Shown here piece by piece: positions 47,476 through 57,189 of a DNA stretch of 64,000 nt. The stretch is taken from positions 64,001 through 128,000 of the IMG/VR virus record IMGVR_UViG_3300029286_002355. The stretch is one strand, 5' to 3'. The notes beneath the pieces were generated by a model, which worked only from the letters and a program-made list of their open reading frames with translations, searched no databases and was not told where the DNA came from. The position numbers and the translations under genes are program-made. This DNA comes from a virus. The first letter of the stretch is position 1; each line of letters starts with the position of its first letter.

Positions 47476-48075
47476 TCAATTATTTTTTAGACAACATTTT
47501 TTATATTTTAACACCTTACCTGTTCTAGCATCTATTTTCCCACATGGACAAGGATCGTTTCGTCCTGTTTTTTTACCACCCTTTATAGTAAACAATCCTT
47601 TCTTACCATAATCAATAAGGATTTTTCCAGAAAGATGATCCATTTCATGTTGGGCAGCTACAGCCAATAAACCATCATTGTTTTCGCTCTTGATATTTGA
47701 ATAATAGAAGGCAACTGTTTGTTCCCTTAATTTATCATCCTCAAGTAGTTGATATTTTATGATATAGTTGCAAAAACGCTTCGTATCTAAATATATACTA
47801 GGAAAAGACAAACATCCTTCACCATAAAAAACAATTTCATCTTCTGCGCTTACTATCTCTGGGTTAATGAAATGCAGAAATTGACCTTCGCTCCTAAGAA
47901 TAAAAATGCGTTTTGGAATACCAATTTGGATTGCCGATAATCCTATCCCATCGTTGTGCTTAGATAGGGTTTCTTCTAGTTTCTTGATTATATCCTTGGC
48001 TTCTTCTATAGAAGTAACGATTTCAGAAACCGTTCCTTTAAACCTACAAAAATCTGTGTCGTTGTTTTTCATCAT
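47476..48075 (-). CDS. def: Peptide deformylase with C-terminal SEC-C motif
   Basis: GIGLSAIQIG, EGCLS, QHEMDHL; GRNDPCPCG...KYKKCC. Confidence 0.93.
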   Translation of the reverse strand: MMKNNDTDFCRFKGTVSEIVTSIEEAKDIIKKLEETLSKHNDGIGLSAIQIGIPKRIFILRSEGQFLHFINPEIVSAEDEIVFYGEGCLSFPSIYLDTKRFCNYIIKYQLLEDDKLREQTVAFYYSNIKSENNDGLLAVAAQHEMDHLSGKILIDYGKKGLFTIKGGKKTGRNDPCPCGKIDARTGKVLKYKKCCLKNN

Positions 48076-48080
48076 TTATC

Positions 48081-49169
48081 TTATATGTTTATTGGTTTGT
48101 AACTGGCACCGTAGGGACCAGTAAGAAACCGTGACAAAATATTCCTACTTGCATTTATATCTGCGTTGTCAGCATGATCACAACTCTGACAGCGGAATAC
48201 TTCTCCGTCACGATTCTTCTTATCGGCAAGACCACATTTCGGACAGGTAATACTAGTATTGTAAGGAGAGACAGTACGAAAGCTAACACGGTTATCTTCG
48301 CACCTTTGTTCTAGTCTTCCTAACCAGTATTTCCAATTCCAACTGCCGATAGAACGACGAATATTTTTACTCAATCGTCGTTTGAGTTTTGAGTTCTTAC
48401 CCAAATTCTTTAATCCTTCAACCACAATCAAGTCAGGATTCGTTCTAATAACTTCCTTGGCTACTTCATCAATTCTTTGTTTTAAAGCCCTTCTAGCCCT
48501 GTCCTTGCCCTTAGAACCTTGCTTGCATCTCTTGACTCGCTCTATGTTCTGTTTAATATCCTTGCCTAATTGTTGTCCTGTTGAAAGAGAAGCTAAAGCA
48601 TTTATTCCTGTATCAATTCCAATACACTTTTTACCATCTTTCTTTGCTCCTGTTTCCGTTTCAAAAACAAATTGGACATAGTTTTCTGTTATTATGTAGG
48701 AATTGAGTCTTTTTCCTTTAATACAAAGTCTATTATAATGCTTGTGGAATTTGATTGGAATATCCATTGTTATTTTATTACCTACAGAAGCGATATGTAG
48801 CCAAGCATCAAATTGTTTTGCTTCTTTACTATCTTTGAGTTCTGCTATAGTGCAAGAGACATACATTCTTTTGCCTTTATGAACAGGCTTGACTAGTTTA
48901 TTTGGTTGATTCTTCCAACGTTCTTTTGAGGCGGAAATCATATCAAGTGATTCTCTTGCGGCTACTTTTCTTAACCTAGCAGAAAGCCATGTCTGAGGTA
49001 TATCAACAATTGGTTTTAAGAGTTGTGTTTTATCAGTTGGATTAGTCCATAAATAGCCAACAAAGCAATTTACTACCTTTCCATACTCTTGAAGAATGGT
49101 GAGTAGTTCTTGCTTTTTCTTTTGAGTAGCGAATTTAGTGCTACATTTTGTTGACCTTATTATTTTCAT
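48081..49169 (-). CDS. tnpB: TnpB RNA-guided endonuclease (probably IS607-associated)
   Basis: IGIDTG, VVEGL, CPKCG/CQSC, NADINASRN; no IS605-type end hairpins nearby. Confidence 0.9.
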   Translation of the reverse strand: MKIIRSTKCSTKFATQKKKQELLTILQEYGKVVNCFVGYLWTNPTDKTQLLKPIVDIPQTWLSARLRKVAARESLDMISASKERWKNQPNKLVKPVHKGKRMYVSCTIAELKDSKEAKQFDAWLHIASVGNKITMDIPIKFHKHYNRLCIKGKRLNSYIITENYVQFVFETETGAKKDGKKCIGIDTGINALASLSTGQQLGKDIKQNIERVKRCKQGSKGKDRARRALKQRIDEVAKEVIRTNPDLIVVEGLKNLGKNSKLKRRLSKNIRRSIGSWNWKYWLGRLEQRCEDNRVSFRTVSPYNTSITCPKCGLADKKNRDGEVFRCQSCDHADNADINASRNILSRFLTGPYGASYKPINI

Positions 49170-49175
49170 TCTATT
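49165..49175 (-). repeat. AATAGAATGAA direct repeat, tnpB-side copy
   Basis: Identical to 54508..54518. Confidence 0.8.
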
Positions 49176-49705
49176 TTAAGCCCGTCAAGTAATTTCCCAT
49201 CTTTTATCTTTTTTATGGTTTCCAAACATCTTGATTCTGACAAGTAATTGTTAAATGTCTCTCCTTTGGGCAATTTAAGATAATCAAGTGACCCATTTGG
49301 AAATTGTGTTAAAGGAACATGAACTATATTTTTCGCCAACTGCTTAATAATTTCTATGTAATCTTGTTGTGATAGTTTTACGGTCTTATATTTAGTAATA
49401 ACTTTTAGGAGTCTCAATCTGCATTCATTTACGTTATCTCTAAATATATCGCATCCATATATTGTTGATATGGCTTGAACGGGGTGGGCGTGTTTTAGTT
49501 TTCTTTTGAGCACAGGAATTAAGAGTTGACCATTTCCACAGGCGGGGTCTATAATTGTTTTCTCTGGATTGGAGAACAAATCAGGAGAGTATTCTTCCAT
49601 TTTTGAGCACATTTCTTCTGCAAGAAGAAGTGGCGTAAAGCATTCTGCGGATTGCTTACGCCTTTTATCTCTTTTTTCTTCTATTGATTGGTTCTCATTA
49701 TTCAT
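49166..49705 (-). CDS. Short N6-adenine MTase-like protein (SAM-binding half, no NPPY)
   Basis: FTPLLLAEEM, IIDPACGNGQ, IYGCDIFRDNV; catalytic motif IV absent. Confidence 0.8.
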   Translation of the reverse strand: MNNENQSIEEKRDKRRKQSAECFTPLLLAEEMCSKMEEYSPDLFSNPEKTIIDPACGNGQLLIPVLKRKLKHAHPVQAISTIYGCDIFRDNVNECRLRLLKVITKYKTVKLSQQDYIEIIKQLAKNIVHVPLTQFPNGSLDYLKLPKGETFNNYLSESRCLETIKKIKDGKLLDGLKIE

Positions 49706-49709
49706 GGAT

Positions 49710-50450
49710 TTATATTCCGTTATAAATTAAATTGCACTTTTTATTGCAATCAAAAAAGTATGTTTGTAATTTCGATGAACGTAATTTTTCATCGTCTAAT
49801 CTTTTTTGAATTATATTTTGAAAATCCTCTCCTTGATTTACGCCTATTCCCTCAAATCCATTATTTGAATAATACATGTGATATGTGTCAGGAGATAAAT
49901 CCTCTAATTCTAGCGAAGACGTAAAAGAAGCATATGGGATTATTATAAGCCGATATCCATTTATATTTTGATATTTCTTTATCTTAGAGCATATTCCATC
50001 TATCATCTTCTGAACAAGGAATGAGGAATTGGGGCAATAACAGCAAATACTTTCATCTATATTGCCAGTCGCCACTGAATTTTTATCTACAGGCTTCGTA
50101 TTGTGAATTTTCTTGTCGGTTTCATTGTCTAAATTTACAGTAAAACATTCTATAATGACTTTTGCATTATCGTCAACAAAATCAGGAGTCAACCCGCTTA
50201 TATCTTTCTCGTATTCAAGATGTAATTTTTCTTGGTTGATGAAATGTTCTGATATTGACAACTCATTTATAAATTCTAGTCCCTGAATGTTTTTTCTATG
50301 AGATTCTTTTTCTTTACTATTTATTAGCGAAATTAACTTTTTTAGTATCTTTTGTTGAGATGATTGACCAAAATTAGGCAATATCCTTTTTAAGTTTTCT
50401 TTAATGGACGAATTCATTTTTAGTGTATCTATTTCTTCCGTTATATTCAT
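49710..50450 (-). CDS. Putative PD-(D/E)XK nuclease
   Basis: ELSISEH...TPDF...IIECFT. Confidence 0.5.
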   Translation of the reverse strand: MNITEEIDTLKMNSSIKENLKRILPNFGQSSQQKILKKLISLINSKEKESHRKNIQGLEFINELSISEHFINQEKLHLEYEKDISGLTPDFVDDNAKVIIECFTVNLDNETDKKIHNTKPVDKNSVATGNIDESICCYCPNSSFLVQKMIDGICSKIKKYQNINGYRLIIIPYASFTSSLELEDLSPDTYHMYYSNNGFEGIGVNQGEDFQNIIQKRLDDEKLRSSKLQTYFFDCNKKCNLIYNGI

Positions 50451-51613
50451 TTTACAAACTCCTTCCAGAAATCTTTCTTTAAGAATTCAAAAACCTCTGG
50501 TTCAATTGAAAACCCAGACCACTTACAAATATTCATCATCTCTATGAATTTTTCCGACCTTATTGCCGCAATTATGTTTTCGGCTTCTTTTGTGTTATCA
50601 ACTTCTATGGCTATACAGTTGTTTGTCACTCCATATTCGCCTTTTTCATCATAAAAACAGTTTTCTGGACTTGCCTTTCCTAAGATAACTTTCTTCACTC
50701 CGAAATGCCCATCTTTTTTAGAAGAATATAACAAAACAGGTGTCTTACCACATGGCGTAGAGTAAATGCATGGATATAAAAACTTATCATCTTTCTCTTT
50801 AGACATCCAAGGCTTATCGTTTCCATACATTGACCTTGAGTGAATAACCTTTATTCGTTTTTCGCCCTTGATCCCTATACATTTTTCTAGTATTTCAGAA
50901 TGCTTATGGGAAATAAATGGCTTAGAAGACATATCAATTTTTTTAGAAACCCCATCTTCGTCTAAAATTATTGTGCCATTCTTTCTGGCTTTATTTATTA
51001 ATACATACCAGTCATATCTTGTTCCGCATCCAAACGTTTTCTGCCCATCAGACTGATTATGAATTTCCAAATATTCCAATTGCTTATCTTGGAATACGGA
51101 ATATAGAGGGTGATTGGGTTTTCTCCAAGCACTAGGATGAATGAGGGAAATAATTCCTCCATCATTAACAATATTAAATCCCATTTCAACAAATCTTTGC
51201 CAAAGAGATTTGTGCTTATTTTTTGGGTCTTGATAAGGAGGATTTCCTATAACACAATCCCAAGTCCTTATCTCTTTCTTTTCTTGCACCTTCTCAAAGA
51301 AATCAAAAAAGTCATCACTCATAATTTCTACTCCTATTTTTTGTCCAAATTTAGCCTTTTGTTCACAATCTGTGAAGAAACAAATATCTTTAGGATCAAT
51401 CCCTATTTCAACAAGAACTATAGCAATTTCCAAATTCGTAACCAATATCTTTTTGCCCTTTAGTTCACAATACTTGCAAACCTTATCAATCATTTTCTCG
51501 CAAAGATCATAGGGTGTAAAAACATTCTGCAAGTTATTATCAAGAGTTGCCCACTCCTTGAATACTTCTTGATAATACTCTCTAAGAGCCAATTGTTTTG
51601 CTGACAGAATCAT
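50447..51613 (-). CDS. N6-adenine DNA methyltransferase (gamma class) with a degenerate motif I
   Basis: VFTPYDL, DCVIGNPPY, LIHPSAWR; FxGxG replaced by ILVTNLE. Confidence 0.8.
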   Translation of the reverse strand: MILSAKQLALREYYQEVFKEWATLDNNLQNVFTPYDLCEKMIDKVCKYCELKGKKILVTNLEIAIVLVEIGIDPKDICFFTDCEQKAKFGQKIGVEIMSDDFFDFFEKVQEKKEIRTWDCVIGNPPYQDPKNKHKSLWQRFVEMGFNIVNDGGIISLIHPSAWRKPNHPLYSVFQDKQLEYLEIHNQSDGQKTFGCGTRYDWYVLINKARKNGTIILDEDGVSKKIDMSSKPFISHKHSEILEKCIGIKGEKRIKVIHSRSMYGNDKPWMSKEKDDKFLYPCIYSTPCGKTPVLLYSSKKDGHFGVKKVILGKASPENCFYDEKGEYGVTNNCIAIEVDNTKEAENIIAAIRSEKFIEMMNICKWSGFSIEPEVFEFLKKDFWKEFVK

Positions 51614-53823
51614 AACGCAAATTCCTTTCGCAACGCCTCTTTCTCGCTATCCACTTGTTTCCTAAACTCTTCTTGCTTTTTTCTTTCCTCAATTGAAAGA
51701 ATAATACTAAATTCATGCTCAATCTCTTCAGGAACAGTATAGGTCTTTTCAATTCTAGGCGGTGGGACAGTAATCATCTTGCCATCATAGGTTTCCTCAT
51801 TGAATATCTCATAAGGGCAATACCCAATATCGGACTGAATCTGATCCACCATTCTCTCAATATTGTTTCTGTTAATATCGCTAAATCCACAATACTTTGG
51901 CATAATAACATAACAGAATGGCTTATAGAACTTCCCTTTATAGCAATCCGAAGGAACGATCAATCCTTTGGACAATCTTTCTCTATCAAAAGGATGAAGT
52001 CTCATTCCCCTACCCAAAGCCTGACTTGAAGTAATATCACTCATGTCTCCAAAGGGAAGAATAGCATTAATCCCCGGCACATCCCATCCTTCACCTACCA
52101 TTGCAATATGAAGAATAATAGCCTTTTCATCTGGTGCCTTATTCGCCAAATCTTCCATAAATTGATTTATGTTATGGGCATTAGAAGGATATGGCACTCC
52201 GTTTCTGTAAACATTCCAATCACTTGAAACGGCATAAATAGCTACATCGGGCAATTCTTTCTGATAGTTCTTGAAAGTCTTGGATTTAATCGCTTCAGAA
52301 TAAGATTTTCCACCCGGACATCTCACAAGAAGTTTTACTCCATTTGCCTTACTGTTGACAGAATGCTTGTCGTTAATCCTTGCCACTTCTTTCCAAGATT
52401 CCCATATAATGTACGCATTGAGTTCTGCATTTTTTGTAATCTCTTCCTGTGTTGCAGTAGAAATATCAACATGCTTTCTTAAAACCGCTTTGGTAATTGA
52501 CAAATGACACAAGAGAGGTCTTACAATCTTACCCAATTCAATCATTTCTTTTGGACTCTTCCTAGAAATAACTTCTCCAAACAACTCTGTATTATCCATG
52601 CCTTTGCCGTCTACAATAGGTGCATCGGGAGTTCCGCTTAACGCTTGTGTTGCAGTATAAAAGACCGTTAATGGGGAAAGCATCTTGGCTTCTTTAGAAA
52701 TAACCGATTCCCTACTCTTTTGAGGAATACTTCTTCCTTTCACTATATTATGGGCTTCATCGCAGTTAATCAAGTCAAACTTCATTCCTGACTCAATAAT
52801 CTTATAAACTGAATGATATGTTGTGAAAATAAGGGCTAGTCCATTTGAATCATTCACAGCCTTATTTAGTTGTTCTATATTAGTGGTATTTACCACTTCT
52901 TCTATGCCAGTATTCATTCTGGCTAGATTATCATTGTCATAGTCGCCAGAAGTAAAATTAACTACTGTCACGTTATCAATCCCATACTGCTTAAGGCGAT
53001 TGATTATCTTCTTTATTCCTTGCTTTCCAAGAGTAATTCTAGGCGAAACAAAAAGGATTTTAGAATGAGGCTTGTATTTTAATACATCACCAGACAACTC
53101 AATTGAATACTCCATCATAATTTCATTTTTGCCAGTTCCAGTAGGCCAAATAACTTGATATCTACCCTGCTTTTTACTTAGCAATGCCTTAATTGCTTCC
53201 ACTTGGTATGCGTCTGGAACAAAATCCATTGAACATGATAAAACTTCATTGACGGCATTTTCCAAAGATTCCCTATATGCCTTCCAAAAACCAATATTAC
53301 CATCAACCAAAGACTTAATCTCGTTAATTCCGTAAAATTGAGTTTTCTCTGGCAAAACAAAGTTCTTTATAGTGTTTTCATGAATCGCAACAGAATCAGA
53401 AAATATATTGAAAACTTTTTCATCGGCAGACAAATCAAATCCGTCAAGATAGCATGATTGAGAAAAGTATTCAGTAAGTTGACTGTTGCCATCCGTCATA
53501 AACTCTTTGCCATTAAAGGCGAAGAAAGCAGTTACAACCTTGCCATTTCTCTTGCCAAGACCATGAGCCTTATATTTATGATTAATCGAATTAATATTTT
53601 CGTAATCACTTATGCCAATTTTATCTCCAAAATAAAGTATCAATGCTTCCACAAAAGACTGAAAGCCACTCTCAATAAAGTCTTTAGCCGTTTTACTTTC
53701 TAGTGAAAGTTTCCTAAGATTTTGTCCAAATCCGTCAAAGGACAAATCAGAAGGCATCAAATTACCAGCATTAGAGACGCTTCCATTAAGGATTTTGAAT
53801 TTGAATATATGATTTGTTTTCAT
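51610..53823 (-). CDS. SF2 helicase/ATPase of restriction type (Type ISP/III-like)
   Basis: PTGTGK, FTTYHS, CDEAH, YTAT, GEGWDVP, QALGRGMR; likely start 53823 (ATGA overlap). Confidence 0.88.
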   Translation of the reverse strand: MKTNHIFKFKILNGSVSNAGNLMPSDLSFDGFGQNLRKLSLESKTAKDFIESGFQSFVEALILYFGDKIGISDYENINSINHKYKAHGLGKRNGKVVTAFFAFNGKEFMTDGNSQLTEYFSQSCYLDGFDLSADEKVFNIFSDSVAIHENTIKNFVLPEKTQFYGINEIKSLVDGNIGFWKAYRESLENAVNEVLSCSMDFVPDAYQVEAIKALLSKKQGRYQVIWPTGTGKNEIMMEYSIELSGDVLKYKPHSKILFVSPRITLGKQGIKKIINRLKQYGIDNVTVVNFTSGDYDNDNLARMNTGIEEVVNTTNIEQLNKAVNDSNGLALIFTTYHSVYKIIESGMKFDLINCDEAHNIVKGRSIPQKSRESVISKEAKMLSPLTVFYTATQALSGTPDAPIVDGKGMDNTELFGEVISRKSPKEMIELGKIVRPLLCHLSITKAVLRKHVDISTATQEEITKNAELNAYIIWESWKEVARINDKHSVNSKANGVKLLVRCPGGKSYSEAIKSKTFKNYQKELPDVAIYAVSSDWNVYRNGVPYPSNAHNINQFMEDLANKAPDEKAIILHIAMVGEGWDVPGINAILPFGDMSDITSSQALGRGMRLHPFDRERLSKGLIVPSDCYKGKFYKPFCYVIMPKYCGFSDINRNNIERMVDQIQSDIGYCPYEIFNEETYDGKMITVPPPRIEKTYTVPEEIEHEFSIILSIEERKKQEEFRKQVDSEKEALRKEFAL

Positions 53824-54512
53824 GCTTTCACCATTTCGCAAAATGTTTTCCAAAACGTAGGATTGTTGCCACAGACAGACTTCAAAGAACAAACTTCGGT
53901 TGGATCGTTATTTGGAAGATAAATTCCACCAGACTCTTCTTGGGCTATGAATTTCAATCTCCCATGAAAATGTCCACCTAAAGTCATCCAATTTATATCG
54001 TGAGCCAAGGTAAAGACAAACATTTGATCTCTACTTGTGGTTCCAACTCCATATTTTGAAATTGAAGTCCAATGAAAGGTTCTTAACTTTCTTTTAATAT
54101 GATCAAGGGCAGTAGACCAATTGCCATATTTGACCTGAACTGTAATAACTCTTCCGTCTTTTGTCTTGCCTGTTCCGTCCACTCCTACATCTTGATCTTC
54201 CCCGCAAACAGAAAAGAATGGAACATAATTATAAATTCCCCATGTTCTCCCATATCCTTTAAGGACATATTCTGCAAAAACTTCTGTTACGTCACCTTTG
54301 AAAGAATTCGCTCCATCCTCGCCATATTTATCAAAGAAATCAACTTTTTCTGATTTTTCTATAATTCCAACCTGTTTTTCTATTCTGGAAGCAAAACAAG
54401 ACAATGAACTACACTTCTCTAAAAGCACATCCCAACATTTAACCGCAACCTTTCTTGGATGGGTTATCGAAGTTGCCAACATATCATCGTCTAATTGGTT
54501 ATCGTTATTCAT
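53820..54512 (-). CDS. Mrr-like PD-(D/E)XK restriction endonuclease
   Basis: KGDVTEVF...DVGVDG...VQVKY. Confidence 0.75.
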   Translation of the reverse strand: MNNDNQLDDDMLATSITHPRKVAVKCWDVLLEKCSSLSCFASRIEKQVGIIEKSEKVDFFDKYGEDGANSFKGDVTEVFAEYVLKGYGRTWGIYNYVPFFSVCGEDQDVGVDGTGKTKDGRVITVQVKYGNWSTALDHIKRKLRTFHWTSISKYGVGTTSRDQMFVFTLAHDINWMTLGGHFHGRLKFIAQEESGGIYLPNNDPTEVCSLKSVCGNNPTFWKTFCEMVKA

Positions 54513-54518
54513 TCTATT
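54508..54518 (-). repeat. AATAGAATGAA direct repeat, tnpA-side copy
   Basis: Identical to 49165..49175. Confidence 0.8.
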
Positions 54519-55195
54519 CCTTTCTCAATTGTTGGCGTCATCATACCAGAACCATTGAGTAAGTCAAGCTCTTTCTGCAATTTTTTCTCTTTTCTTCGTT
54601 TTGCTGACCTTTTCCCGTAAAGTCGCCCTGAGAAAACAGCCATAAGCATCATAATATCTTGAACTAATTCCTCTTCATCATTAGAAGACGTAGATTCAAC
54701 CTTCTCTATTTCAACACCATAACTATCAAAAAATCTCACTAATACATTAAATTGGAAACGTGTCAATCTATCTTTATGCTCTACAATTACTTTAGATACT
54801 TTCTTCTGAATTACAAGATCAAATAATTTGTTAAATCCACTTCTTGTATCCGACAATCCCGAACCAACATCTTTGATAATGTGTTCAACTCTATACTTCT
54901 TTTTGGCACAGTATTCAGACAATCTTTGACTCTGCCTATCTAAATCTCCTTTTTGTTTCTGTTCATGGCTACTCACTCTAGCATAGGTAGCAACAGGAAG
55001 AAGATTTCTATTTACTTCTTCCTCTTTAATTCCCATGTAAGAATTAATATCGCTCTGCTTATACCTACGATGACCACCTTTTGTTCTAACTGGCTTTAGA
55101 GTTCCATCGGCGTCCCAATTCCTTAAGGTTTCTTGGGATACATTGAGTCTAAGGCAAGTTTCCGCCATACTAAGGAGTTTATCTTTTTCTAGCAT
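54509..55195 (-). CDS. tnpA: IS607-family serine recombinase/transposase TnpA
   Basis: MerR-like HTH TLRNWD..GGHRRY, YARVSS, DVGSGL, EHKDRLTRF, FSGRLYG. Confidence 0.95.
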   Translation of the reverse strand: MLEKDKLLSMAETCLRLNVSQETLRNWDADGTLKPVRTKGGHRRYKQSDINSYMGIKEEEVNRNLLPVATYARVSSHEQKQKGDLDRQSQRLSEYCAKKKYRVEHIIKDVGSGLSDTRSGFNKLFDLVIQKKVSKVIVEHKDRLTRFQFNVLVRFFDSYGVEIEKVESTSSNDEEELVQDIMMLMAVFSGRLYGKRSAKRRKEKKLQKELDLLNGSGMMTPTIEKGIE

Positions 55196-55418
55196 TTCGC
55201 TTCTCCTTTTCTGACTTTTTAATGAATTCAGATATAAGCGACTTGGAATCGTTTATAAATTTTTGGAATTCTTCTAGTGTTGGCTCATATCCCAAATCAA
55301 ACGGAATTGGGTAAATGTCTCCCGTATCTAGTTCAAATTCTGTTTTAGAGACTCTAACGACCTTATGATTTTTATTTTCCATATCTTTAATTATCCTTGC
55401 AAATTTTGATGATTTCAT
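55179..55418 (-). CDS. Small hypothetical protein overlapping the tnpA start
   Basis: 79 aa, AGGAG RBS. Confidence 0.65.
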   Translation of the reverse strand: MKSSKFARIIKDMENKNHKVVRVSKTEFELDTGDIYPIPFDLGYEPTLEEFQKFINDSKSLISEFIKKSEKEKRNARKR

Positions 55419-55433
55419 TTTTCATACTCCTTT

Positions 55434-55459
55434 ATTCTATATTATACTGCGAAATTCCT
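55434..55459 (-). promoter_or_regulatory. Sigma-H-like promoter AGGAATT-12-ATAGAAT
   Basis: Full consensus upstream of the IS607 unit. Confidence 0.7.
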
Positions 55460-55478
55460 GCAAGAAAATGAAAATATT

Positions 55479-55508
55479 TTTTAGGTGTTTGTAGATTTTT
55501 GTAGGTTT
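55479..55508 (-). repeat. Three tandem imperfect 10-bp repeats, candidate IS607 left-end TnpA sites
   Basis: AAACCTACAA AAATCTACAA ACACCTAAAA. Confidence 0.55.
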
Positions 55509-55564
55509 TCATTCAACGGTTGCCAACCCTCTTCAAAAGAGATATGTTTTCGATAATTTCCATA

Positions 55565-56308
55565 TTACACCTCTCTTACTTTTACTTCGTTTGTATATTC
55601 CATAGCTACACTGGCAAGATATTTTATTTCTATATCGTCATATAAAGGAATATTTTTCGCTTTTTTTGACAACATGGTTTTCGTTTTTCTAAAAGGTTGT
55701 AAAATCCACTTTTCTTCCTTCTGCAAAGCCATTCCAATGTACCTAATGGCTTTCTCGTCTACTAGCGAAGGATAAAGTGTGGTTCTAATTTCATAGTTAA
55801 AAGAGTCATGAAAATGTTTTTTAGCCCTTAGTTTCCCTAGGCTTGTAAAAACGCTATCAAAAAGACCCAATTTAGTCTTATTGCCCGTCTTTCCCGCCAA
55901 TAAGTTATCATATCTATCTTTATCCGTTTTGATATCCAACGTAACATAATCCACAAAAGATAAAATCATAGATAGTTTGTTAAATTCTAATCCATTGGTT
56001 GACAGAGCTATTTTGCAACCCCATTTTTTTATTTCATAAACCATAGACATAATTTCAAAGATAGATCTATATAAGGGTTCCCCACCACTTATACCTACCC
56101 ATTTGCAATCGTTTTCTTTTACAAACAGTTTTACTTCATCCAAACTAATATCGGGCTTAATATTTTCCCCCGTAACCAGTCTTGAATTCATGCAATAAGG
56201 GCAGCGTAATTGGCAGTTTCTAAGAAAAACAGAAGGCGCAAAGGCATCTGGCCCTGCTTCACTACTTTTGTTAAAGCCATATATTTTCGGTAACAATTGG
56301 CAAATCAT
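55565..56308 (-). CDS. Radical SAM protein, anaerobic RNR activase (NrdG/PflA-like)
   Basis: CQLRCPYCMN, ISGGEP, LSTNG, DIK, YEIRTT. Confidence 0.85.
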   Translation of the reverse strand: MICQLLPKIYGFNKSSEAGPDAFAPSVFLRNCQLRCPYCMNSRLVTGENIKPDISLDEVKLFVKENDCKWVGISGGEPLYRSIFEIMSMVYEIKKWGCKIALSTNGLEFNKLSMILSFVDYVTLDIKTDKDRYDNLLAGKTGNKTKLGLFDSVFTSLGKLRAKKHFHDSFNYEIRTTLYPSLVDEKAIRYIGMALQKEEKWILQPFRKTKTMLSKKAKNIPLYDDIEIKYLASVAMEYTNEVKVREV

Positions 56309-57189
56309 GGGATATCTCCTTCGTCATCACCCAAACAAAAATCATCTAAATCATTTTCTTCGTTATCCACGCCTAAAAACGTACTTGTCCCCATGGTTGC
56401 ATTTGTTGGACTAACCCCCAAAAGTTCTTCTAGCACTTGAGCCGCCTCAGAATTTTGTATATGGATAGTAGAATTTCCAGAAATGAAACTAGTAATTGCT
56501 CCTATAGGATCTCCATTGTGTAAACCCATTGCTTCTGCTATTTCTGCTGACCCAATAGTAACTGGAATTCCAGCGTTTACACTAATCGTAAATGGATTTT
56601 GTATATCTGCTTGTGAAAGACTATGGGTATTTACAGAAGCTCCTACGGGAATTTCGTACAGATTAAAGATGTTACGGTTTTCTTTCTCTTCGTCTTTATC
56701 TCCGTGACGATAAACGAAAAACGCCTTATCTCTTATAGAAGCCGATTTCTTAATTGCATCATAAAGTAGCTGTCTGTGGCATTTAGATTTTCCACTTGTA
56801 TTTTCCCAACAACATAAAAAATACAATGTGTCTTGATTTAACGTTTCTATCCAATCCTTTACTGAATCTTTTCTCAGTCTAAGTAATTTTAGATATTCTT
56901 TGGTATAAGAGTCCCAGTCTTTGTCGCTTTTATATTTGCTCAAAATTTCATAGGTTGGACATAGACAGTTTATCCTTACCAAATCCCCGCAGCATTTTTT
57001 GATTTCGGGTAAATTTTTACAATCAGGATGGGATAGTGCTATAGAATAAACCTTATAGTTTAAGGGCTTATCTTTTTCTGAAATCAATCTGCAGCGATAG
57101 AGTTTGGCTCCTTCGGAAAAAATAAAATATCCATTTTTGATGATGGAATTAACGTCCCAAAAATTACTAAATACGCATACTGGTTTCAT
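56305..57189 (-). CDS. DUF488-like domain protein with an acidic tail
   Basis: WDSYTKEYL...LCCWE...CHRQLL. Confidence 0.55.
   Translation of the reverse strand: MKPVCVFSNFWDVNSIIKNGYFIFSEGAKLYRCRLISEKDKPLNYKVYSIALSHPDCKNLPEIKKCCGDLVRINCLCPTYEILSKYKSDKDWDSYTKEYLKLLRLRKDSVKDWIETLNQDTLYFLCCWENTSGKSKCHRQLLYDAIKKSASIRDKAFFVYRHGDKDEEKENRNIFNLYEIPVGASVNTHSLSQADIQNPFTISVNAGIPVTIGSAEIAEAMGLHNGDPIGAITSFISGNSTIHIQNSEAAQVLEELLGVSPTNATMGTSTFLGVDNEENDLDDFCLGDDEGDIP

Larger units (their letters stand above)
48081..55508 (-). mobile_element. Putative IS607-derived cargo element: small ORF - tnpA - [R-M-like cargo] - tnpB
   Basis: tnpA and tnpB co-oriented; 11-bp direct repeat at both cargo junctions; tandem 10-bp repeats upstream of tnpA; outer ends not defined. 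Confidence 0.55.
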
